A stretch of DNA of 64,000 bases from an uncultured archaeon (GCA_964525635.1 CAZGJX010000004.1:1-64000); one strand, 5' to 3'. Shown: positions 30,310 to 41,046, counted from the first letter of the stretch. The notes: a model not told the origin generated them from the sequence alone. Translations and numbers: made by a program.

Positions 30310-31335
30310 TTATGAAGTGTTAAGAGTCTCATGAATTTTATTTTTTCTGATATAATTGATAAATTCTATTTCATCATCCATCTTTTCTAAGTTATGAATA
30401 GTTATTACGGGAATTCTTAATTCAGAGAAGTATTTTGGAATTTTTACATCATTATTAACAATAAAAAGAGCATATTTATGAAATAATTTGGTAAATTTGA
30501 ATAAATTTTTCAAGCTATTCCTATTTATATTGCTTTTAATATTTGTTACATCAGAAAATAAGGGGTAAAACTGATTTTGACCATCAATACCCAAGTCTTT
30601 TGAAGAGATTAACATATCAAAAGGGAAAATATCTTTTTTATACCAATAAGATTTGATACCTATATCCTCAATGATATTTTGAATGTGTTCTTCAAATTGA
30701 GTCAATTCTTCCTTTTTTTTTACTTTTTCTATGTTAAAATTTAGTTTAATATCCCAATTAAGAACATTTATTTTTCTAAATATAGAACTTGAGTCTAAAA
30801 CCTCACTTATTTTTTCAGCAACTTTTTTTGAAGGACGCATGTTTTCACTTTCATATGAACAAAGGGTTCTTTTTGTAACTCCAATTTCTTCTGATAGTTC
30901 TTTTCTGGTGATATTTTTTTTTTCTCGTAAAGATTTCATTAATTCTCCATCAAGGAAAATAATCCCACCCCCTCTACGAGCTAATATAATTGGATATGAT
31001 TTTTCTTTAAGGATTTTCTCTAATGTATTTATGGTAATAAATGGTAAATCATTTCTGATATAAATTGTATTATCATCAAGTTTTTGATATCTATTTTTAA
31101 GTCCGATTAATAGAGGTTTAGATTTAAGCAAAGTAGATAGAGTTTTTATTCCATTTATGATATCTTCATTTATATTATCAATATTTTGAACTACTTTTAT
31201 TATAAATACTGTATCATTCTTTTTAACAATTAAATCATAACAATATTTATTTATATGTGATTGAAAATCAAAGACAAATGTTTCGAATTTTGCCTCTATT
31301 AATAGCTGATTTATTCTTTGAATTATTTTTTCCAT
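30310..31335 (-). CDS. conserved archaeal HTH transcriptional regulator (central XRE-type HTH)
   Basis: IKVVQNID, ARRGGG, LREKKNITRKELSEEIGVTKRTLCSYE. Confidence 0.8.
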   Translation of the reverse strand: MEKIIQRINQLLIEAKFETFVFDFQSHINKYCYDLIVKKNDTVFIIKVVQNIDNINEDIINGIKTLSTLLKSKPLLIGLKNRYQKLDDNTIYIRNDLPFITINTLEKILKEKSYPIILARRGGGIIFLDGELMKSLREKKNITRKELSEEIGVTKRTLCSYESENMRPSKKVAEKISEVLDSSSIFRKINVLNWDIKLNFNIEKVKKKEELTQFEEHIQNIIEDIGIKSYWYKKDIFPFDMLISSKDLGIDGQNQFYPLFSDVTNIKSNINRNSLKNLFKFTKLFHKYALFIVNNDVKIPKYFSELRIPVITIHNLEKMDDEIEFINYIRKNKIHETLNTS

Positions 31336-31384
31336 TACTTATTAGTATTATATCGCATGGTTTTAAAAAATTTTTTCATAAAAA

Positions 31385-31645
31385 CAGAAAAATCTCATTT
31401 CTTTAGGATGGATTATGTAATAAAATAATTTGAAAGTCAATAATATCTCTCATACCCTATCTTTAAATAAAAGGAATTCTCTTTAGCAAATAGTGATGAT
31501 AAATTAGATAACCAATGAAGCATCATCATTCTACCATAGGGACTACGGAATATCAAGTGTTTGGAAAAAATATAAGATTCAAGAAATTCGTTGAGCTCGT
31601 TTCGATGAATTACGAATCCAAAACCTTTAGGTGATGGTAGTTCAA
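31385..31645 (+). mobile_element. IS200/IS605-family remnant retaining a tnpB 3' end / omega-RNA-like region
   Basis: TACCATAGGGACTACGGAA...GTTTCGATGAA..GAATCCAAAACCTTTAGGTGATGGTAGTTCA resembles tnpB right ends; left-end-like hairpin ATCTCATTTCTTTAGGATGGGAT; boundaries approximate. Confidence 0.6.
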
Positions 31646-31702
31646 CAAATCCTAGTCTATGATTATTGATTTATTTTTTTTTTCTATTGTTGTTTTATTA
31701 TT

Positions 31703-32236
31703 TTAATTGCTATAGCGTCTATATAGATATTTTGTTATTTTTTTTACTGATTTATTTATTTTTCTATAATTAGCTAAAGGGATTTTATAAAATACATCTG
31801 GATTTATGTGATTTATTACTGTTGTTAGATTTTTATCAATAATTTTTGATCTATATTTAGTTGTGACCATGCAAAATATTAGCTTAGCTGTATTTTTCTC
31901 AGACTTTTCATAAAATATCTCTTTTATATTGTTTGTATGTTTAAGAAAGTCACTATTAGATAAATTAAGTAAATAAACCAAAGCACTAGCACCTTTTAAA
32001 AACTTTGGTAAGAGGAATTCAAAATGTTTATCTTCTGTGATGTTCAATATCTGGAGTTTAACAGCATTATTTTTTATTTTTAAGTCTTTTATATCAAAAT
32101 CTAAACCTATAGATAGTTCTTTATTAAAAGGTAATTTATAGGTATATTTCTCTAAATATCCACTTATCCCCGAATCTTGATGTCCAATAAAGACTATCTT
32201 AAACGTGAACTTATATTTATTATTCAAATTGGGCAT
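31703..32236 (-). CDS. degenerate Rab/Ras-like small GTPase
   Basis: YKFTFKIVFIG, SIGLDF..K, VKLQI, FEFLLPKFLKGASA scaffold; GKT, DxxG and NKxD motifs lost. Confidence 0.75.
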   Translation of the reverse strand: MPNLNNKYKFTFKIVFIGHQDSGISGYLEKYTYKLPFNKELSIGLDFDIKDLKIKNNAVKLQILNITEDKHFEFLLPKFLKGASALVYLLNLSNSDFLKHTNNIKEIFYEKSEKNTAKLIFCMVTTKYRSKIIDKNLTTVINHINPDVFYKIPLANYRKINKSVKKITKYLYRRYSN

Positions 32237-32514
32237 TTAATTTAATTATTAGATAAAGAAAATCAATCTCAAAATATATAAATAATCTTTATTTAAAAGT
32301 TGTTAATTATCAGTTCTATTTAAATTATCTTTAGTTATGTATAGAGAAAAATTTCTACGTAAAGAATTACATTTTAATTAATAATCAAGCTTTCTTTTAT
32401 AAGTGTAGAATTCAATTTCAATTAACTATTATCAATATCTAGAATAATTTTTTTTTGATGAATAATTTAAAAAGATAATTTAAGTCGATATTTAAATAAT
32501 TAGATGATGAATAA

Positions 32515-33750
32515 ATGTTAAAAATCGATCGTGCTAAATTTGATCCAATCGAAGAAAGTGACTTTCCAGAGATTGTTGAACGAAAGGGAGTAGGCCATCC
32601 AGATTCTGTTTGTGATGCTGCTGCAGATGCGTGTTCTAGGGCGCTTTGTAAATATTATTTTGAAAATTTTGGTAGGTATTATCATCATAATGTTGATAAA
32701 GCAGCATTAGTCGGAGGAATTTCTAAACCTGAATATGGTGGAGGTTTAATTATCGAACCAGAATATTTTTTAATCGTAGGTCGAGCAATAAATCAGATTT
32801 TAAGAGATAATAAATTAGAATATATTCCTGTAGCAACTCTTTGTTTGAATGCTTGTAGACAAGTTGTTTCAGATACTTTTCGAAATATTGATGTTACATC
32901 CAATCAACACATACAATTTGATTATGCTGTAAGACCAGGTTCAATTGATTTGACAGGTGTTTTTGAAGAATCAGATGCCCTCGAAAGTGTACCATTAGCA
33001 AATGATACGAGTTTTGGAGTGGGTTATGCTCCTTATTCAGATGTAGAGAAAATTGCATTAGAAGCAGAAAGATTACTTAATTCTGACCAATTTAAAGATA
33101 AATGTCCTGCTTCAGGTGAAGATATTAAAGTCATGGTTCAGAGAGTTGATAAAGATGTGGATATTACTGTCTGCGGTGCTATGGTTAGTAAATTCATACA
33201 TGATAGAAGCGAGTATACAAATTATACAGAACAAATGAGAGATGCAGTTTTAGATCTTGCTGCTAAAAGTATCCCAGATAAAAATTGTAATTGTGCGGTA
33301 AATTTGGGTGATAATATTGAGAAAGATCTTGTATATTTAACAATTACAGGTACTTCCGCAGAAGCTGGTGATGATGGTGAAGTTGGACGTGGGAATAGAA
33401 GTAATGGTTTAATAACACCATGTCGTACAATGTCTCTTGAAGCTGTTTGCGGTAAAAATCCGATTAATCATGTTGGAAAAATATATAATATACTCAGTAC
33501 AAATATAGCTAGAGAAATTTATAAAAGAGGAAAGGGAGACATTATGGAAGCCCATGTTAAATTATTATCTCAGATAGGGCGTCCAATAACAGATCCTTGG
33601 GTTACATCCATTAGTTTAATTCCAAGTGATAATGTATCCTTCGCAAGTATCGAGAAAATTGCAACTGAAGTATCAGAAGAGAAATTAAGCAATGAAAATA
33701 TAATCAAACTAAGAGAACGATTAATTGCAGGAAAAGAACAAGTATTTTAA
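32515..33750 (+). CDS. mat: archaeal S-adenosylmethionine synthetase
   Basis: EIVERKGVGHPDS, HHNVDK, ANDTSFGVG, GEDIKVM, GTSAEAGDDGEVGRGNR, GKNPINHVGKIYN. Confidence 0.96.
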   Translation: MLKIDRAKFDPIEESDFPEIVERKGVGHPDSVCDAAADACSRALCKYYFENFGRYYHHNVDKAALVGGISKPEYGGGLIIEPEYFLIVGRAINQILRDNKLEYIPVATLCLNACRQVVSDTFRNIDVTSNQHIQFDYAVRPGSIDLTGVFEESDALESVPLANDTSFGVGYAPYSDVEKIALEAERLLNSDQFKDKCPASGEDIKVMVQRVDKDVDITVCGAMVSKFIHDRSEYTNYTEQMRDAVLDLAAKSIPDKNCNCAVNLGDNIEKDLVYLTITGTSAEAGDDGEVGRGNRSNGLITPCRTMSLEAVCGKNPINHVGKIYNILSTNIAREIYKRGKGDIMEAHVKLLSQIGRPITDPWVTSISLIPSDNVSFASIEKIATEVSEEKLSNENIIKLRERLIAGKEQVF

Positions 33751-33937
33751 AATTATACCTAATTAGTTATTTTCATTTTTTTATTTTTTTAAAGAAGTAT
33801 ATAATTAAAAAAAAATATTAAATTTAAAATCTATATCAATTTTAATTAGTAATAATTATAATAATCTATATAGGTATAATTCACTTATTAGAATGAGTTT
33901 ATAATTAATAATTCCAATTAATAATTGAGGATTTCTA

Positions 33938-34192
33938 TTGAGTTTAGATAAATGGATTAATTCAGAAGATAAGAACATTAAAAAGAAAAAGATAAAAAGA
34001 AATTTACATGAGAGTAAAGAATCCAAAATTGAGTTAGATAGGGATAAAACATCCATAAAGTTGAAAAAATATACCTTTAACTGTCCAAAATCTAAATGTA
34101 ACTATCAAAAAACCATTTTAAAGAAAAATTTAAATGAAAATGATGGAATTTGTCCAAGATGTAGAGGTAAAATGAAGATTCAAGAGCTATGA
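33938..34192 (+). CDS. small Zn-finger protein
   Basis: CPKSKC...CPRC; TTG start after GAGG. Confidence 0.6.
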   Translation: MSLDKWINSEDKNIKKKKIKRNLHESKESKIELDRDKTSIKLKKYTFNCPKSKCNYQKTILKKNLNENDGICPRCRGKMKIQEL

Positions 34193-34199
34193 AAATTTC

Positions 34200-34436
34200 C
34201 TATCCTATTGGTCCTTCTTGTAGTACTTTCAAATCAAGTTTATCTTCACAAAAAGGGCATGAATTTTTTTTTTTTATGTATTTCCTTATAAGATAAACTA
34301 GATAACCAAATCCAAATGTTAAAATAACAATAAAAAACCAAATCTCATGATATTTTTGATCTATTTGTTTACGTTTTGGTTCAACATATCTCTCACATAT
34401 ATGACAAAACACTTTTTTTTTCACTCTTATAATCAA
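34200..34436 (-). CDS. small membrane-associated Zn-ribbon protein (LITAF-like layout)
   Basis: CHIC - hydrophobic segment - CPFC. Confidence 0.6.
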   Translation of the reverse strand: MIIRVKKKVFCHICERYVEPKRKQIDQKYHEIWFFIVILTFGFGYLVYLIRKYIKKKNSCPFCEDKLDLKVLQEGPIG

Positions 34437-34523
34437 CCTTTAGGATTAAATAGAATAGATCTCTATAATTAAAAAACTTTTTAAATTTAATAATTAATTA
34501 TCTTATTTTTAATATCTAATATT

Positions 34524-35267
34524 TTATTCTTCTAATTTGTGATTATTTAGTATTTTCTTCAATTTTTTAGCAGGTCTTCCAACATAAATCCAATCTTTCT
34601 CAAGATGTTGATTAATTTTTGTATAACTTCCCATTCCTAAAATACATCCTTCTTCTGCTATGGTTCCAGGAGCTACTACACTATAGGCTCCAATCGTGAC
34701 TCTATCTTCTATAATTGTTTTTTTAATTAAGAGTTTATTTCCAATAATCAGAGAACTTAAAATAATAGAACCCTCTCCTAAAATAGCTTCATCACCAAAT
34801 TCAATAAAATCAGAATCAATATAACTATCAAGAACTCCTGTGCTAGAAGGCATTTTTAAATTAAATAACTTTAAAGGAAAAAGTTTTGACCAAGGAAGTG
34901 GAAAGTAATCATAAATCTTAATCACGAATTCTTTTAGTACTTTCCTCAAGTAGTAAAAATAATAATCTTTATTATATACAGAAATTTTAAAAATACCCTC
35001 TTTAGGTTTATGAATTAGATTAAATAAAACTAAGTATAATTTTGCGAAAAACACAAGAGATAGGACAAAAGAACCAAAGTAAATAATAATTAAAAAAGGA
35101 ATTATAAAAAATAATGTAACTAAATTAAAAATTTTATAAAAGATTTCTAAAAACGGTAAAGCAACAATGGAAGTGAAAAAAACCGTTGGCCATACTAATA
35201 AGATTTTTAAAATAAAAAAACGATTTTCTCTAAGATTATTTCCCTTGATTATTGTATCAGAATTCAT
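34524..35267 (-). CDS. membrane protein with left-handed beta-helix (hexapeptide repeat) domain
   Basis: Two TM helices, HKPKEGIF, hexapeptide repeats, YVGRPAK. Confidence 0.75.
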   Translation of the reverse strand: MNSDTIIKGNNLRENRFFILKILLVWPTVFFTSIVALPFLEIFYKIFNLVTLFFIIPFLIIIYFGSFVLSLVFFAKLYLVLFNLIHKPKEGIFKISVYNKDYYFYYLRKVLKEFVIKIYDYFPLPWSKLFPLKLFNLKMPSSTGVLDSYIDSDFIEFGDEAILGEGSIILSSLIIGNKLLIKKTIIEDRVTIGAYSVVAPGTIAEEGCILGMGSYTKINQHLEKDWIYVGRPAKKLKKILNNHKLEE

Positions 35268-35299
35268 TTATTGTTTTAACCTTATCATTATTAAATAAA

Positions 35300-36910
35300 C
35301 TAATAAAATTCTATATTTAAAATTCTCATTAATTCGTCCTTATTTTGAATTTCTTTAATTGGAGCATCGTAGTATATCTTATTTGCTTTTAAATGTTCAT
35401 GTTTGGATGTTATTGAGAATGGTAATATGGTAACATCGTCTTCAATTACATTTCCAGGAGCAATACAACATCCATCACATATTACCACACGATTACTTAT
35501 TTTAATTCCTTTTACAGTCAATACTCTATCCCATAATTGGTTTGTGAGTAATATTTTCCCAAGATAAGAATTTTCACCAATATTTATAAATTCTTTAGAA
35601 AGATACATATCTTCAATTACAGTCCCTTTACCAATAGAACATCCACCAATATAATTGAATACTGGCTTAATTAACCACGGATAGGGGCCTCTCTGGATTT
35701 TCCATTTTGCATATCTGAGTAAGAAAGAACGTAAGAAATAGAAATCATAATCTACGGTTTTTTGTGACCAATGGAATATACCTTCTTTTGGTTTATTAAT
35801 TCGACTTATTATATAATATAAGAATTTAGTGATCAACACCACTAATAGGATATTAAGAATATGAAAACATAATAAGATTAATGGTGTGAAAACAAGAATC
35901 AAATTTGAAATATTTGTAATAATTAATGGGGAGGATGAAGGTGATGCTAATACGTATGGATAAAAAACACCAGCAAAATAGAGATAAAGGCCAAAAAATA
36001 CTATTATATATGATCCTACATAAACAAGTACCCAAATACCAATATATGTTGGAATTCTCATTATGAATTTATTTTCAGGTATTTTTTTCTGTGTTATTAA
36101 ATTTAAAATTTCATTTGATTGGATTTTATCTTCTTCAGATTCTTCTATTGAATCATTAAATAAGTCATAAGAGAGGTCCGTATTATTACACACTTTCCCA
36201 GCAGGGTATCCGGAATAAATTGAGTCTGATTCTAATATTTGATTTATCTTCGTCATAGAAAGCGTGTTTAGAGTAGAATTCTTTTTTATATTTGTCCCCG
36301 GAGATACATAAGAATGAGGGCCTATATTTACATTATCATCAATAACAATTTTTTTTATTACTAAATAATTTCCAAAGATCATACATGATTTAATGAAACT
36401 TCCTTTACCTATGATGATATTACTTCCCAACTCAATAAATTCTGTATCAATATTTCCATTGTTTATACTATTTGATAATGAAGTTTTTACTCCAAATAAC
36501 GTTAAAAAAACGTTATTTAATAATGATGAAGGAATAAGACTTAAAGTCCATATTGGCCATTTTTTTATTACAGCTCGTAAACTCCAGAAATAATAATCGC
36601 GATTTGATTTCTTTCTTTCAAATACTCCTTCTTTAGGTGTATGAATTAGATTTATTAGACTTATAAATAATTTTGATACAATAAATGATGATACAACAAT
36701 AATATAATATCCAATGAGGATTTGAATAGGTAAAAGTAAAAAAAATAGAAGCTTATTTTCCTCAACTAATTTCCAAAACAGAAGAGATTCTATTAATAGC
36801 AAATAGAAACTTATCCAAATATTACTAATATAAATAATCAGGAATTTTTTTGATGCAAGTGTATTAGTTGAATAAGGACCATCTCTCGTAGAAGTAGGGG
36901 TGCTTGTCAT
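35300..36910 (-). CDS. membrane protein with two TM + left-handed beta-helix modules
   Basis: Two copies of the module in 34524-35267 (PKEGVF / PKEGIF; YSGYPA / YYDAPI). Confidence 0.75.
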   Translation of the reverse strand: MTSTPTSTRDGPYSTNTLASKKFLIIYISNIWISFYLLLIESLLFWKLVEENKLLFFLLLPIQILIGYYIIVVSSFIVSKLFISLINLIHTPKEGVFERKKSNRDYYFWSLRAVIKKWPIWTLSLIPSSLLNNVFLTLFGVKTSLSNSINNGNIDTEFIELGSNIIIGKGSFIKSCMIFGNYLVIKKIVIDDNVNIGPHSYVSPGTNIKKNSTLNTLSMTKINQILESDSIYSGYPAGKVCNNTDLSYDLFNDSIEESEEDKIQSNEILNLITQKKIPENKFIMRIPTYIGIWVLVYVGSYIIVFFGLYLYFAGVFYPYVLASPSSSPLIITNISNLILVFTPLILLCFHILNILLVVLITKFLYYIISRINKPKEGIFHWSQKTVDYDFYFLRSFLLRYAKWKIQRGPYPWLIKPVFNYIGGCSIGKGTVIEDMYLSKEFINIGENSYLGKILLTNQLWDRVLTVKGIKISNRVVICDGCCIAPGNVIEDDVTILPFSITSKHEHLKANKIYYDAPIKEIQNKDELMRILNIEFY

Positions 36911-37103
36911 ATAAAAATACTGAACTTATCTTTCTCTTAAAACATATTATTTTTTTTAAGAATTAAATTTTCTGAATTTATAATTTAACTATCAAATATC
37001 TTTAATATTTATAACAAATAAATGTTTAAATATTGATTATTGTTTAATCTTATAGGATAAATATGTTTTTTTTATATTTTAATGCTTAAAAGTTGTATAT
37101 AAT

Positions 37104-38132
37104 ATGCCAAATTGTTATCATTGTGGAAAAGAATATGAGGAATTAAATTATTGTAATAATTGTGGTCAATATTATTGTTACTTGCATAAAGAACAAATAG
37201 ATCATGAATGTAATATTGTTAAAGAAGCCGGAGAAATGATTAATAATCAATTCAATTCAAATAACCAAACAGTACCTTATTTTTCATCATCACAAGAAGA
37301 TTCTACTTTTGAAGGTGTTTCACATCCATCATTATCTTCAAATGAAGCTGAATCGCTCTCAGGAAGTAGAACTGATGGAAGTTTTGTATGGTATAGGAGA
37401 GAATCAAATGTACCTCAAAATGCTTTTGATCCAAATTCTGGTATTGAGTTTAAAGGAATTCTATTACCCTATCACTCAGAATTAACGCATTTATTAATAG
37501 GATGTCTTTTAATATATATTATTGGCCTCATTGGATTTTACAGACCAGATCAACAAGCTGTTTTAAATGCTAGTGGATATGGATGGATAATATTTATGCT
37601 TGGAGGATTTTATACAACAGCATTCCTATTCCACGAATTAGGGCATCGTCAAGTGGCCATTCATTTTGGCCTTCAGACTAAGTTTAGATTATTAAAATTT
37701 GGTATGATAATAACAGTATTTGGATTAATAATGGGAGTTATGTCTTTAGTAAATAGAACCCAAGCATTACCTTCACTAGCATTGCCTGGTGCCGTAGTGG
37801 TTTTAGGTTTGGATAAAATAGATAGAAAAACAGGATTATGTAAAACAGCTGGACCTTTAATAAATCTTATCTATGGATCTATAATATTAATAATTTCATT
37901 TTTGGTTCCAATTTATCCAATTAATCTATTTTTGGGATTATCAGCATCATTAAATTTTATGCTTGGTCTATTTAATTTAATACCCATTGGAATTCTAGAT
38001 GGAGAAAACATATTTAAATGGAATAAAAAGGTATATTTTTTACTTGTTATATCTATGCTTATTCTAATAATAATTAATTATCTCTGTATTTATTTACCCA
38101 CTGAAACTAATCCATATTATCAAGTTATCTGA
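37104..38132 (+). CDS. AN1-type Zn finger + M50 (site-2) intramembrane metalloprotease
   Basis: N-terminal CYHC..CNNC..YCYLH..HEC; FHELGH, AGP, FNLIPIGILDG. Confidence 0.85.
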   Translation: MPNCYHCGKEYEELNYCNNCGQYYCYLHKEQIDHECNIVKEAGEMINNQFNSNNQTVPYFSSSQEDSTFEGVSHPSLSSNEAESLSGSRTDGSFVWYRRESNVPQNAFDPNSGIEFKGILLPYHSELTHLLIGCLLIYIIGLIGFYRPDQQAVLNASGYGWIIFMLGGFYTTAFLFHELGHRQVAIHFGLQTKFRLLKFGMIITVFGLIMGVMSLVNRTQALPSLALPGAVVVLGLDKIDRKTGLCKTAGPLINLIYGSIILIISFLVPIYPINLFLGLSASLNFMLGLFNLIPIGILDGENIFKWNKKVYFLLVISMLILIIINYLCIYLPTETNPYYQVI

Positions 38133-38323
38133 TTTTTTAAAATAATTTTTTTTAATTTTTTAATTAATATAATGGCATATGCTCAAGCATTCAATTATAA
38201 AAATAGTTGTTAGTTAAAATTATCAATTATCATAACATTAATTACATAGGAGTTATTTTTAATTTTAATTTTAAAGTAATTAAAATATTTCAATAAAAAA
38301 TTGAAAAAGTATAGGTCAGGAAA

Positions 38324-39250
38324 GTGCCTTTTTGTGAACATTGTGGGGATGAAATGGGATATCTCCCATTTAAATGTAAATATTGTGGTGGAACATTTTG
38401 TAAGGAGCATAGACTTCCAGAAAATCATAATTGTACCTTTGAAATAAAACATACACCGACAGTTTCAACGCAAAGGAAGAAAAGAGACATTAAGTACGAG
38501 GATAAAGAGATTATAAAATATTCTCCTTCAAGTGAAGGAAAAAAAATGGAAAAATTTTTGAAAAAACAAGAAAAACAGAGAAGGAATGCACGGAAGATTT
38601 ATGAACACCAGATTAAAGATTCTAATATAAGATCGATAGGTATTTATTTAATAATAGTAGTTTTAGTAGTTTCTATACTTGGTTCTATAAAGGAATTATC
38701 AGAGTATATTTGTCTTAGTTCTCGAAGTTTTTTCCAATATCATTACTGGACTTTTCTTACTTCTATTTTTAGTACTACTCCATCAGACATATTTGGTTTA
38801 TTCATTTTATTTATTATGTTAATTATCTTTTTTAATATGATTAAAATCATTGAGTTGAGATTTGGAGGTAAATTTTTATTACAATTATATTTACTTTGTA
38901 CATTATTTGCATTTATTATATATGTATTAATCTGGTTACCAATTGAATTATTATCACTTGAAGAAATATATATGCCAATTGGTTTAGCTTATAGTGGATT
39001 ATTAGGAGTTATAGCCTTTTTAATATATTTTAATATTAATTCAGAAATGACAATGTTGCTTTTCTTTATTCCAATAAGGATGAAGGGAAAAGTGCTTTTA
39101 TTATTATTAGTACTTTTACAAGTTATTCCTGCTGTATTATTTGCTGCTTTTATTATGAGTCCCTTACCTTTCGCATTATATTTACCTAATTTAGGTGGTT
39201 TATTAGCTTCATATTTAATATTTAGATATAAATTTAGAAAAATAATGTAA
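38324..39250 (+). CDS. AN1-type Zn finger + rhomboid-like membrane domain
   Basis: [28 protein letters not shown]; [23 protein letters not shown]; canonical GxS and catalytic His not evident. Confidence 0.75.
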   Translation: MPFCEHCGDEMGYLPFKCKYCGGTFCKEHRLPENHNCTFEIKHTPTVSTQRKKRDIKYEDKEIIKYSPSSEGKKMEKFLKKQEKQRRNARKIYEHQIKDSNIRSIGIYLIIVVLVVSILGSIKELSEYICLSSRSFFQYHYWTFLTSIFSTTPSDIFGLFILFIMLIIFFNMIKIIELRFGGKFLLQLYLLCTLFAFIIYVLIWLPIELLSLEEIYMPIGLAYSGLLGVIAFLIYFNINSEMTMLLFFIPIRMKGKVLLLLLVLLQVIPAVLFAAFIMSPLPFALYLPNLGGLLASYLIFRYKFRKIM

Positions 39251-39360
39251 TTTTATTTTTTTTATAGTATAATAATTCATAAAAATTATCAATAACATAT
39301 CTTTATTTTTTTTATTCTATAATAAAGAAGTTGATAACCAAACTTTTAAAGAATATATTT

Positions 39361-40032
39361 ATGCCAGAAAATGCAAAGTTATCTAGAATTATTGAATTAA
39401 ACGAAGATTTAATTGAAAATAATGATGAAATTGCTGCTAATAATAATAAGATTTTTCAGAAAAATAATATAAAATCTTTTGAATTTGTTGGAGCTATTGG
39501 AGCTGGAAAAACTTCTATAATAGAAGTTATACTAAAAAATATTTCGAATAAATATAAAACCTTAGTCATTAACGGAGATGTAGCTACTAGAGTTGATGCT
39601 GATAGAATTGAAAAAATGGGAGTAAAAACAATACAAATTAATACAGGACGAGAATGTGCTTTAAATGCTTATCATATTTCTCAAGTCATACATAATATTG
39701 ATATACATGACTATAACACCATTATTATAGAAAATGTCGGAAATTTAATCTGTCCTTCTGATTTTATATTAGGAGTTGATAAGAGGATTGTTATAGTATC
39801 TATCACAGAAGGAGAATGGGTTATAAAAAAGCATCCAATTCTCTTTAAATCATCAGACATAGCAATAATTAATAAAATAGATCTTTTAGATGTTATTAAT
39901 ATTAATCTTGAAAATATGATAAATGATGCAAAACAAATCAATCCAAATCTAACAATTTTTAATACTAGTGCGATAACTGGTGAAAATATTGAAAATCTAA
40001 TCAATATGTTGATAGAAGAAAAAATTCATTAA
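39361..40032 (+). CDS. hypB: hydrogenase nickel incorporation GTPase HypB
   Basis: GAIGAGKTS, QINTGRECAL, ENVGNLICP, SITEG, NKIDL. Confidence 0.88.
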   Translation: MPENAKLSRIIELNEDLIENNDEIAANNNKIFQKNNIKSFEFVGAIGAGKTSIIEVILKNISNKYKTLVINGDVATRVDADRIEKMGVKTIQINTGRECALNAYHISQVIHNIDIHDYNTIIIENVGNLICPSDFILGVDKRIVIVSITEGEWVIKKHPILFKSSDIAIINKIDLLDVININLENMINDAKQINPNLTIFNTSAITGENIENLINMLIEEKIH

Positions 40033-40082
40033 TTGAAGATTACTTTATAAAATTATAAAATAAATGAATAATATAGTCTATC

Positions 40083-40499
40083 ATGTCAATTAGCAGAGAA
40101 TATAATACAGAATTACAAAAATTAATAGATAAAATCGTAAAAGTATATATAGATAATGAACAATTTTTTGTAGGTCAATTAAAAGGTGTATCTGAAAATT
40201 CAAATCTTATCCTTGTTAACGCAAAAGATAAAAAAAATAAAGATTATCCTACGATTTTAATTCGAAGTTCTTATTATAAATACTTGACTGTTGAAGAAGA
40301 GCCATTTCCAATGCAAGCTTTAGCTGATCGAATTGCTACGATATTTTCAAAAGGTCATGTTTCTTATATTGAAGATCAAAACATGATTTCAATCTTAAAT
40401 GGAAAAATTCTTGTCGATGAAGATGGAGTTAGAGGTAGTGGCCCATCAGCAGATAGAGTAAAAAAAATTTTTGAACAATTTAAAATGGATCTGGAATAA
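40083..40499 (+). CDS. Lsm-family RNA-binding protein (SmAP3-like, extended C-terminus)
   Basis: ELQKLIDKIVKV..FVGQLKG..NLILVNA Sm motif; C-terminal GVRGSGPSADRV. Confidence 0.75.
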   Translation: MSISREYNTELQKLIDKIVKVYIDNEQFFVGQLKGVSENSNLILVNAKDKKNKDYPTILIRSSYYKYLTVEEEPFPMQALADRIATIFSKGHVSYIEDQNMISILNGKILVDEDGVRGSGPSADRVKKIFEQFKMDLE

Positions 40500-40519
40500 T
40501 TTTAGTCTTTTTAATTTTA

Positions 40520-41026
40520 TTATTCTTTTTTAAAAACATCAATTAGATTTTTTAATTGTAAGTTTTGAATAATATTTTTCATTAATGCTTTACCTAATGG
40601 TGAAACTTGAATGATCTCTAAGTCATTTATGGATAATTTTCTTAAATAGTCATTTTTTAGTAAGAATTTTATATCAGAGTCCCAGACTTCTGAAAAAATT
40701 TCATTAATATCTGAAAATTTAAGATTTTCATCAATCTCTTTACTTAATGCTGTGATTAAAGCAAGAGTTCCATATTGACTAGGAGTTATAGTATCATCTA
40801 TTCCATCTGATGTTAAAATATAATATTTCTGCTCTAAAAATTTAGTTGTTATTAATTCAAATCCAATTTCTTTTAGATTATCATAAATGAAATTTATTAT
40901 TTGATGAAAATCCAATGAAGGATCACATAAATTAATCAGGTCTTCTTCTCGAACCATCTTTTGCTCATTAGTTAGAATAAGCTTAGTTATTTTTTTTATA
41001 GTTTCTTGAATATAATCATCTTGCAA
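40520..41026 (-). CDS. putative tandem winged-helix (kite-like) protein
   Basis: NLKEIGFEL..YYILTS, GTLALITAL, LLKNDYL..VSPLGKA resemble the Nse1/Nse3/ScpB-type pattern (by eye). Confidence 0.5.
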   Translation of the reverse strand: MQDDYIQETIKKITKLILTNEQKMVREEDLINLCDPSLDFHQIINFIYDNLKEIGFELITTKFLEQKYYILTSDGIDDTITPSQYGTLALITALSKEIDENLKFSDINEIFSEVWDSDIKFLLKNDYLRKLSINDLEIIQVSPLGKALMKNIIQNLQLKNLIDVFKKE

Positions 41027-41046
41027 TTCTTTTATTAACCTCTCTT

